Assembly: GCA_964187785.1 (NCBI GenBank)
Contig: OZ076411.1
Span: 43,028,001-43,092,000, forward strand
Direction of reading: 5' to 3'
Length of the DNA stretch: 64,000 nt
Source: Amphiscolops sp. MND2022
Lineage: Eukaryota
The translations under genes were made by a program, and so were the position numbers. Below are positions 49,623 to 60,400 of the stretch, in pieces. A model generated the notes under the pieces. The model was given only the letters and a program-made list of their open reading frames with translations, searched no databases and was not told where the DNA came from. Each line of letters starts with the position of its first letter. Within the stretch, counting starts at the first letter, position 1.

Positions 49623-51837
49623 TCAGAGGGGGATAGTTGTGTAATGTTGATCATTATTTACATTTTTGTGAAGGAGACAACGGTTCTGCCAACGAAAGTT
49701 GGGGTCATTGCGGATGATGTCTATATGGTGTGTGGGGACAGATAGCACTGGTTTTAGTGGTATTTTATGTTTGACGTTGTCTTTATCTTTGTAAACATGT
49801 TTGAATGGCATGAATTTATGTAAACTATTGCACCGATGAAAAAGGTACATGAATAATAGATGTAACAACATAGATATTATAAAACTTGCTATGCCTATTA
49901 CGATGGTTGATGTAAAAGAAGTAACGTGGCTGAGTTCACGTTTAAATGGATTTTTCAAAGAGGTCATAAGCATAATTATTGGTTCAGCGAGTTTTTGAAG
50001 TGCTTCTCGATCTTGGACTGATGTTTGTGGGATTTTAGTTCTTTTTTCAGAGATCGTAAAAATGCCAAGTTTGCTGAGGATTTTGTGCTGAAGGATGGGA
50101 GCTCCTCGATGGAAGGAAGGACGCTCAAAACATTCTGAAGAGGATCGGGAAGATCCACATGAAGTTTGATGGATGGAACTCGAGAGCAGGATTGTAAATC
50201 AGATCGAATGAAGATATTGGGTCCTCGCAGTTGATGACCACATGGAATTGTATAAATACAAATGCGGCATCCTGGATATGTGCGAGTAGATAGATGAGCT
50301 GTGTCGTTGCTAGCTGCTGACTCACGAAGTTCAAAGTCAGCATCAGCTGAAAGGATCAGCCAAATGCCAAATTTCAAAGTGATCGCTCGTTCGAATATTG
50401 GCAACTGGTAGGGAACCAAGTCACAGACTTTCATAGCCTCGACAAGGTCGCCAAAGAAAAGAAGAGACAGGCATGAAGAACCTGAGCCTTCAGTTGCGAA
50501 TCCTTGCTGGCAAATGCTGTAACGTGACGACCCAATGCATTGGTCCAGCTGTTGACGAGACACACTGGCAGTCTCGCGACCATCTTTAGAGACGGCGAGA
50601 AAATCAGCGTTTGTGTCCCAGATCATTGCCATGTCGTCGTCATGCTGGAGCATGGGCAAAGGGATTGCTTCGTAAGTTGTGAGAACCGTCTGACGCGAAG
50701 CCAAAGGGATCGACATCGTAATGAGCAATCCTTCAGGCAAGGCGACAATGTCTTGTAAAAGCTGCGATTCGTAATATGACAAAGTCTCCTGGAAAGAAAT
50801 TGCCAGAGTGAGACGGTATCGTGCCTTGTTTTGAATGTTTTGTACAATTGTGAGAACTTCCTCGAGTGACGGGCGGTCAAGAAGAGACATAGGGACAAAC
50901 TTGTTCAAGAGAGCTGGAAGACTGTTCAGAAGGTTGAGGCGATAGGCAAACAGCGCTGCACGATAAGACTTCACATTGGAATGAAAAAGAGAAAGAAGTG
51001 ATGCCACAGTATCGAAATTAAAATTAATCTGTTGTCGGGTAAACAACAGCTGATCACAGTTCCTCATCCTGTGAATATCATCGCGGAAGGCTTCAAATTG
51101 AACGGTTATGGTCTTCCAGTTGGCATTCTGTATATCAGCCATCTGCTGTTGGAGATCCCGAATCGCTTGTAATTCTTTGCCTACAACAAAGAATTTCTCA
51201 TTGGTAGAAGATTGGATGTGTTGCAAATTTTCGGCAAGGGATTCAGTCATCTGAAACATACGGTTGATGGCGTCAGCATTCTCCCGGGATTGACAGGTGC
51301 CAAGGATACCTGACAAGCCACAATCGCCAGAACCCATTGCAATTCCAGTGCCAAAAAGTCCAATAACTCCAACAGCTGCTGCTGCTAGAGGCAGGGCTCT
51401 TCGAAGTCGATCAGCATGTGATAAGCTGGGAGAGGGAGGCGGCAAAAAGGCAGCGATTTCTTGTTGGAGGGCCAAAAGTGCTTGTTCAGAGTCAGCGACT
51501 TCTTTTTGTACTTCAGAAAGAAGCCAGTTGACATCAAATCCCTGCATTGGTGTATTGGTGAAATTCAAATAACAATTAAAGGTTGGCATGTCCCACATTG
51601 TGTCCAAGATGGAGAGAAGACGCTGAATATCAGATTTGATGGAAACTGAGAACTGGGGAAAAAGAGAAGAAATTCTACGTTTATGAACTTTTCGGCAAGC
51701 AATATCTTTTTGTGCTCATGAAAAATGATGCCCTTTTTGAGTGGGCCATCAGAATCGTCGAAGGCGGCAATCGGCGATTGTGCCATTCCCAAATGTGGGA
51801 GGAAGAGAAACAAAAGAGACATGCAAAACACAAACAT
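49623..51837 (-). pseudogene. env: Envelope glycoprotein, class I fusion (baculovirus F / errantivirus Env-like), ~740 aa with two frameshifts (~51660, ~50005)
   Basis: Signal peptide MFVFCMSLLFLFLPHLGMAQS; furin site RLRR (51398-51409) followed by ALPLAAAAVGVIGLFGTGIAMG; heptad repeat; FLAVSKD...LDQCIGSSRYSICQ Cys pattern; TM IVIGIASFIISMLLHLLFMYLF in ORF 49623-49973; 543-aa central ORF intact. Confidence 0.85.
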
Positions 51838-54800
51838 CCTGCTGGGTGGTTCAGAGCGTAGGATGAAGGTCAATGCTATTTATGTCCTTTATCAATTTGG
51901 CAAGTGAATGTGATATATACAAGAAATGGAGAGCAAGTTTGTGAAAAGAAAATGTTAAAGTTGAAATCGTTGTTTTCGAAAAGGTGAAGTGTTCACGAGA
52001 GAGATTCAAAAGTCGAATGATCGAACAAAAATGGAATCGTACGATAGAAGTATAAACAATGCATAGTTTGCTATTTAAACCGGTTGTTTAGGAAGTTTTG
52101 TCGAATGTGCAAGAAGTAAAACCAAGTTTCATTATTGAGTTTGTGAATTGTAGAAGTATAAACAAATGCATAGTTTGCTATTTAAACCGGTTGTTTAAGA
52201 AGTTTTGTCGAATGTGCAAGAAGTGAAACCAAGTTTCATCGTTGAGTTTGTGAATTGTACATTTGGCAAGTAGTCGTCTTATTTAGTCTTATTGCTTCAG
52301 TCTTGTTGAGTATCATCAAAAGTCTTTTATCTACTACTAACTTCAAACGTAAGTGTGTTTAACATGTGTATTCCAGTTCTTCAGAGTCTGTCAAAAATGA
52401 ATTGCCCAAAGGCAAGTTTCGAGGGTTTTATCCTTTGGTGCTGTCCCGAGGGGACGTACGTGGAACGAGGGGGTCGACTCCTCTCGTTCACGAAAGTGCC
52501 CCGACCCGAGTGCTCTCCCCCAGTCGCGACAATGACTGAGAACACCGGGGGAAGTCAGGTCGGTGTGTGGGTGAGCCTGATTCTATCGGTGCTCATTAGG
52601 TGTTTGTGTGTTTGTGCTGCCAGGCCTGCCGTAAGCAACAAAAAATAGAAAACATAGAAGAAGAAAGAGAAAGGCGAGAAGAAAGAAGAGCAGTCAGAAA
52701 ACAAAAGAAAATGAAGTCAGTTGGCTTCCGAGCAAGAAAAGAATTTGAAAGAAAACAGAAAGAGAGAAATTTGAAGAGGAGGAAGAACTAAAGTGTCAAA
52801 AAAAGGACAAAAAAACGTAGGGCCAAACAGTAGTTCTTAAGCGAACAAAAAAAGAAAAGAGAAAAGAAAAAATGACAAAGGAAGTTAGAAGAAAAAAAAG
52901 ACAGTCGAAAAAGAAGGAAAAAAAACCGTCGTCTAAAATGTAAAACTATGTGTAGTATTGATATATATGTATAGAGTGCTAAAGCACGCATAATACGTAG
53001 TGTGGCCAGTGAGAAAAAAAAGGAAATAGAAAAAAAAGAAAAGAGAAAGAAAAAAATACAAAAAAGGAATTGTAGTGAAAAGAGTAAAAGTTTGGCTGCA
53101 AAGCCTTTTGTTTGAGTCAGCAAGTAGTAGTGAGAAGAAAGTAGCAGTAAAGAGAACTTATATTGGTTGTGGTCTAACGGTATTCATTGGGTTTTTCAGA
53201 TCGTCATAATGGAGAGATTTTTGCACGAAGCTATCGTGAAGTACTTGAATGATGGAGTGCTCGATACATCAGTATTAAAGACGTCAGAGAAGAGGGAGAA
53301 CTTTAAGAAGGTGTGCCGCAGTCTGAAGGTGGAAAAGGGTGTGCTTATGTATAAGGGGAGAAGAAACGAGTTCTTGCCAGTTCCAACGCCAGAACAAGTG
53401 GACAATCTCCTATACAAAGTTCACGTGAAAAAGTGGAAAGAAGGAGAGAGCGATGTCGGAAAGAAGCACTACGGGGGGTACAGCTTCACATCGATGCCTT
53501 GTCTGGAGCCGGGTGGCGTATCCAGCAGCTCTAGGAAGCTTAGATACGCTAGCCGAAGAGTAATTGACATTTCATTTATAGTACATGTGAAATATAAGAA
53601 AAAATAAAAAACATCGGCGTGTGTCTATGTGTTATTAATCAACTGTGATATAAAAAGTGGTATACTATATGAAGGACAAAGTGTCCATAGATGGGTATTA
53701 AGAGGTTCTTGCGAAATTGCCAAGCATGCTATTTCGACAGTGAGGAGGGAAATCGGGCACATTTGTATATGCCTGCAACGCTGAAACGGGGTGTCGAGCT
53801 TTGTGAGAAGTTCGGTTATATGGGAGGAAGAGAAACAAAAGAGACCTGCAAAACACAAACATCCTGCTGGGTGGTTCAGAGCGTAGGATGAAGGTCAATG
53901 CTATTTATGTCCTTTATCAATTTGGCAAGTGAATGTGATATATACAAGAAATGGAGAGCAAGTTTGTGAAAAGAAAATGTTAAAGTTGAAATCGTTGTTT
54001 TCGAAAAGGTGAAGTGTTCACGAGAGAGATTCAAAAGTCGAATGATCGAACAAAAATGGAATCGTACGATAGAAGTATAAACAATGCATAGTTTGCTATT
54101 TAAACCGGTTGTTTAGGAAGTTTTGTCGAATGTGCAAGAAGTAAAACCAAGTTTCATTATTGAGTTTGTGAATTGTAGAAGTATAAACAAATGCATAGTT
54201 TGCTATTTAAACCGGTTGTTTAAGAAGTTTTGTCGAATGTGCAAGAAGTGAAACCAAGTTTCATCGTTGAGTTTGTGAATTGTACATTTGGCAAGTAGTC
54301 GTCTTATTTGAGTCTTATTGCTTCAGTCTTGTTGAGTATCATCAAAAGTCTTTTATCTACTACTAACTTCAAACGTAAGTGTGTTTAACATGTGTATTCC
54401 AGTTCTTCAGACTCTGTCAAAAATGAATTGCCCAAAGGCAAGTTTCGAGAGTTTTATCCTTTGGTGCTGTCCCGAGGGGACGTACGTGGAACGAGGGGGT
54501 CGACTCCTCTCGTTCACGAAAGTGCCCCGACCCGAGTGCTCTCCGCCAGTCGCGACAATGACTGAGAACACCGGGGAAGTCAGGTCGGTGTGTGGGTGAG
54601 CCTGATTCTATCGGTGCTCATTAAGTGTTTGTGTGTTTGTGCAGCCAGGCCTGCCGTAAGCAACAAAAAATAGAAAACATAGAAGAAGAAAGAGAAAGGC
54701 GAGAAGAAAGAAGAGCAGTCAGAAAAGAAAAGAAAATGAAGTCAGTTGGCTTCCGAGCAAGAAAAGAATTTGAAAGAAAACAGAAAGAGAGAAATTTGAA

Positions 54801-55845
54801 GAGGAGGAAGAACTAAAGTGTCAAAAAAGGACAAAAAAACGTAGGGCCAAACAGTAGTTTTTAAGCGAACAAAAAAAGAAAAGAGAAAAGTAAAAATGAC
54901 AAAGGAAGTTAGAAGAAAAAAAAGACAGTCGAAAAAGAAGGAAAAAAACCGTCGTCTAAAATGTAAAACTATGTGTAGTATTGATATATATGTCTAGAGT
55001 GCTAAAGCACGCATATTACGTAGTGTGGCCAGTGAGAAAAAAAAGGAAATAGAAAAAAAAGAAAAGAGAAAGAAAAAAATACAAAAAAAGGAATTGGTAG
55101 TGAAAAGAGTAAAAGTTTGGCTGCAAAGTCTTTTGTTTGAGTCAGCAAGTAGTAGTGAAAAGAAAGTAGCAGTAAAGAGAACTTATATTGGTTGTGGTCT
55201 AACGGTATTCATTGGGTTTTTCAGATCGTCATAATGGAGAGATTTTTGCACGAAGCTATCGTGAAATGCTTGAATGATGGAGTGCTCGATACATCAGTAT
55301 TAAAGACGTCAGAGAAGAGGGAGAACTTTAAGAAGGTGTGTCGCAGTCTGAAGGTGGAAAAGGGTGTGCTTATGTAAAAGGGGAGAAGAAACGAGTTCTT
55401 GCCAGTTCCAACGCCAGAACAAGTGGACAATCTCCTATACAAAGTTCACGTGAAAAAGTGGAAAGAAGGAGAAGGCGATGTCGGAAAGAAGCACTACGGG
55501 GGGTACAGCTTCACATCGATGCCTTGTCTGGAGCCGGGTGGCGTATCCAGCAGCTCTAGGAAGCTTAGATACGCTAGCCGAAGAGTAATTGACATTTCAT
55601 TTATAGTACATGTGAAATATAAGAAAAAATAAAAAACATCGGCGTGTGTCTATGTGTTATTAATCAACTGTGATATAAAAAGTGGTATACTATATGAAGG
55701 ACAAAGTGTCCATAGATGGGTATTAAGAGGTTCTTGCGAAATTGCCAAGCATGCTATTTCGACAGTGAGGAGGGAAATCGGGCACAATTGTATATGCCTG
55801 CAACGCTGAAACGGGGTGTCGAGCTTTGTGAGAAGTTCGGTTATA
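51796..55845. repeat. Direct tandem duplication, 2,025-bp unit (51796-53820 and 53821-55845)
   Basis: Near-identical copies offset by 2025 nt; junction ggttata|tgggagg. Confidence 0.97.
52045..52257. repeat. 106-bp tandem repeat (2 copies) between env start and antisense ORF; repeated at 54070-54282
   Basis: tagaagtataaacaatgcatagtttgctatttaaaccgg... at 52045 and 52151. Confidence 0.9.
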
Positions 55846-56529
55846 CGTGTAATTGGGAACCCATCAGTGGGGAAAAGACCATTAGCACGGCAGTGGTATT
55901 GGACTGTCCGAAGAGGAAGGAGCCATTGGGCGAGCTGGCAGAATTTGGAGGCGAGTGTTTCTTCTCCAGTATATACTATTTGATGGTTGGAAGGAAATCA
56001 GGTAATAAGATTTTTAAAAAAATGTGAAGCATAAAAAAAACTGTGAGCGAAAAGTTTGTTATATATAGAACGGCAGAACAGTGCACCAAGTAGGAAGTGC
56101 AAGGGGCTACGTGTGGCAGCTACAGAGGCAATGCAGACTGCCGAATTTAAGGAGTACTGCCGCACATGTCTCGGGACCGCGCCCAACGATTTCTTGGCAC
56201 AGGAGTGTGCAAAAGTGACGGCCAGCATTTCCGAGGCGGCGGTAAGGGTCAGATGGTGGCCTTATTATATGTGTATTTCCATTGTAAGGATGAAGGGCTA
56301 TGAGAAGGCAAAAAAATTATTTCAGATCTTAGCAACTGCCTGCGTACTGCAAACAGACCTCATTGTGTACTGGCAGTACTGGAATATGGGCGGCTGGATC
56401 CGTTACAAATACGGACCAGCAAGCAATGGGCGAGGTGGCAGCTTCTTATGCCAAGACATCCAGGGAGGCAAGAGGGTTCAGACTCGCTTCCATTGCGAAC
56501 CATTACCCGATTTTCCGGAGCCAGAGTGA
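52397..56529 (+). CDS. Putative antisense spliced accessory gene of the Gypsy element: exons 52397-52570, 53200-53559, 55716-56001, 56069-56529 (about 425 aa); integrase-H2C2/GIN1-like N-terminal region plus unknown Cys/Trp-rich domain
   Basis: GT-AG introns join ORF-track fragments in frame (phases 0,0,1); peptide LHEAIVKYLNDG...GVLMYKG...EQVDNLLYKVH...KHYGG...MGIKRFLRNCQAC resembles an integrase zinc-binding region; no DDE core follows. Confidence 0.5.
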
Positions 56530-57456
56530 GTAATATCGAATATTACACAGAGAGTCAGTAAGTCTTTTTGTGTGATTCTGTGAAAAGAGGGATATTTTTA
56601 TTAGATTAGAGACATCACTGAGGGTGCCAGGGCCTGTTGTGGATCCGTGAGAAGAGGAGGAAGAGCAGGGAGCCTGTGGAAGTAGCTCCATGCAAACATA
56701 AGGGTAAGAAAATGCACTTGTGTTTGGAAAAATATAGGAAAAATCAATAAATAGCAAATTTTTGCATGTTTTTGGATCAAATTCCAATAAAAGCGATAAG
56801 TATGGGGTATAATATTGCATATGAACATCATAGAAAGCTAGGAGAGGGTTTTGGGGGCCATTACAGTTGAGAAAAAGACAGAAAAATACAAAAAATTGGC
56901 AAAAAAGGCGATGTGAGACTAAAGAGCGAAAACGTCCCCCATAAATACTTTTTTTTATTTTTTTTTCGATTTTTCCGGTAAAAAAGGGGGATCACCGCTA
57001 TTCAGGGATCAAAATTCCAAAAAAATGGGGTTTTTAGGGGTCTTTGAGAGTCAGATTTTTCAGGGGTCAAAAAATGGTCAACTTTTTCTGCAAAACGGCT
57101 AGGTAAAAGGGGTTGGTATGGGACCAAGGGCCTGAAAACTATACCTAGGGGATGTGGGGGATCCCACAGTGATAATGAGGTATCATTCAGGTCGAAAAGG
57201 AAAAAATATGATACAATTTTTGGTCAAGAATGGTCGAAAAACAGCGATTTTCGAAAAAAAATCGAAAATTTTATCAAAAATGTCAATGAAAAGGGGGTAA
57301 TTCAGGTCTTTATGTGGATGAAAGAGGAACTAGAGGGATAGCAGAGGGTAATAGAAGGCGCAAAGGATACATTAGGAAAGGTTAAGTCGGGAAAAAAGAG
57401 AAAATTTATCCAAAATCATGGAAAAATGGTGTGAAAAATTAAAGTAAAAAGTGGTG

Positions 57457-60400
57457 TTATTTCCATGGTTTGGAATTTAAAAAGGTTGTACGGCTCGGTT
57501 TGGGTCGTAAACGAGTGTCACGACGGTTTGGGGGAAGCTGAGGTGGTGATCGTAACAGTGGATGGGGTGGTAGGAGTATGAGTGTTACGAATAACAGTAG
57601 AGGGTACAGTGTGATCTCGAATAAAAGCATCAAGATCTGTGATAGGTAACACAGGTGTGGTAGATGGGCGGTATGACGGGGTTCCTTGTGGGAAAGAAGA
57701 AGTAGCAGCAGGGTTTAGTGCCTTTGGCGGTGGGGTTGAAAGTGTAGGGGTAGTAGGACGCGGAATGCGTTATGATGGTGGGCGAAGATATACCGGTTTC
57801 GAGTTAGGTTGGCTTGGATAAAGAGGGGTTTTATAAAAGTCAAAGAGAGGTGTTGGATTCAAGTGAGGGTTATTACGAGGTGGTGACGCAATAGCGCGTG
57901 CTCGATTAACAAGATTTTCCGAAAATTCCGAAAACGAAGAAGACGAACTCTCATGACCGGGTGTACACATCGGTATACGTTCCGAGTGATAAGGGGGCGA
58001 ACCTGATTGTTCCAAGTCCAGGGTTGGCATAGGTTCATGGGGTAATCCAGAAGAATCAGGAAGGTTAGAGGAAGAAACATGACTTGAAATAGGAGTAGAG
58101 TGCATCAAAGGTTGGCGACGGGTCGAAGGGGTAATAGTCGTTGCTATACCAGAAGTCGGCTGGGCGATAGTAAAAACGTCGTCAGAAGTGAGTGTTGTTT
58201 CTGGGGTGGGGAAAAATGAAGAATGGGGCATGTTTATTGAAGAAAATGGTGTTCCTGAGGAGGAGGAGGCAACGAAAAACGAATGATGGTGTTGATCTTG
58301 GAGTGGTACAGTTGAAGTATCAAGCCGAGCTTGATAAATAACGGGAGGAAGATGAACATGATTTTCTACATGTGGGAAGTCGCGGTTAGGAGGGACTTCA
58401 GGTTGAGGTAGGGCATGTAAAGGCTGCGGTAGACCGGAAGGGGTACCAGGAGAGCCTGAGGTGCCGGTGGTGCCGGGGGAGCCGGTGGTGGCACCGGTGG
58501 CACACGACGTGGAACATAGTGAAATACGACGGCTGGCGTGTCATCAACTTCGTCTGCATTAGTAAACGTACGATCAGTTAAAAGGTCTGGAAGAGCCTGG
58601 TCAAAGAGGGCGGGCTCTGAGACGTGTCTCGTAGAGGGGTCAGGAACAAAATTAGTTTGGTTGATATTAACAATATCATCGACTGTCTATTGTGGTGTGA
58701 TGGGACGAAGTCGAATTCGATGTACACACTGAGTGTAATTGGTGCCTACCTTTCGAACAATGTAATTGAAGTTTGTGAGAACGGACTCAACTCTATACAG
58801 AAATAGCCATTTGGTAAGCGATTTTCCCATATGGTCGTTGGTATTTGAAAGATTTGGATTCAAGAGTAAACAAAACGAATGTTTTTTCAATGGGGCGGCT
58901 GACGCTTTTTGGTCATAAAAATGTCTGTATTTATTGTAAGCAGTGATGGTAGCATCACGTGCTAGAGAAAAAACTTCGTTCATTTTATCTTGAAGAGTAC
59001 TCGTGAATTCATAACGTGTTTCAAGGGTTTGCAAAAGTTTTTTATCAAACCGTAAATCAAGTTGTGAATGGGGTTGTCGGCCATGGAACAAAAATGTTGG
59101 AGTGCATCCAATTAAAGCATGGTAAGCCGTATTATGTACAAACACGGCCGGATCTACGTATTGGTGCCAATCACGTTTACTTTTGTTCTCATATATGCCC
59201 AGATACTGTTTCAGAGACGCGTGAGAGCGCTCGACGGACCCAACAGTTTGTGGGTGTTTTACAGTGGCATATTCTAGTTTGATTTCAAGTAATCGACTTA
59301 GTTCAGTCATGACACGGGAGGTAAATGCTGTACTCATATCCGAAAGAACAACTTTCGGTATATAGGCGGATCTCATGAAAATTTGGAATAACTGTTTCGC
59401 AACATTCGGTGCGCTGGCGTTGCGCAGAGTTTTCGCAAAGAGATATTTACTGAAATTGTCTTTGGCTGTAAGTATATGGGTATAACCTGCGGAGTCAGGT
59501 AGTTTACCTACAAGATCGACTTGAAGCAAATCACCTGGATAGTATTTGTCAGTCGCAAGGGACAAAAGTGGTGTTTTCAACGTTTGGTGTTTAACAGGTT
59601 TGATTTGAAGACAAGAGCTACAATTTTTTACATAATTGGCTAGACATTCAACAAAACCAGGGAAATAGGAATGTTTACGAAAGAGTTCTGCTGTTTTAGC
59701 AATGCCAGGGTGGCCTGCATACTTACTATTATGGACTCGATAGAGAGCTTCATTTCGCAAATGTTGGGGAACGACATATTGGCGAATAAAATTTCGGCCA
59801 GTATCATCAAAAAATTTACGGTATAAAATACAATGGTGATTTTCTAAACAGTCAAAGTGTTTGAGATACTTTCGAAGTTCCGTATTCATATAGGAAAGTT
59901 CAGAAGACGGCCTTGTTTCTAACCATGATAACACTAATCTAATAGTGTTATCTTTCTGTTGTTCCTCACGCAAATTTAAGGGTGTTAATTTGTCAGAAAG
60001 GTCCAAATCATCCAGAGGGTTCGGAGAATGGACGGCGGTAATTTCGAGAAAAGATGCACGGAGACTTTCCGGAAGACTGAACGTTTCACAGTCAAATTTG
60101 AATGAATTTACTGAGTTATCGGGAACCTGCATGCCCAAATGGAGGTGGACATCAGCTACAAGTACTTTAGAGTTAAAGCGGAGTTCTAGCTTAGTGTGTG
60201 GTTGGATATGGATTCTAGACAGACAATCTGCCGCTGCATTGGCTTTTCCTGGTATATGACTTAGGACAAAGTTAAAATTCAATACGTGATCCACACACGT
60301 CCAAAGGCTTGACGGAATTGTTTTAGCTTGGAAGAATCTAGCCAGACTTTTATTATCAGTTAGAACTAACACTGGTTTAGAACTTCCCCATAAAAAGTGT

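Noticed and set aside
52600-53123. K/R/E-rich and F/L-rich ORFs (52600-52791, 52788-53123, 54625-54816, 55025-55234) as proteins
   Set aside because: Produced by purine/pyrimidine strand skew; they fall in the predicted antisense intron.
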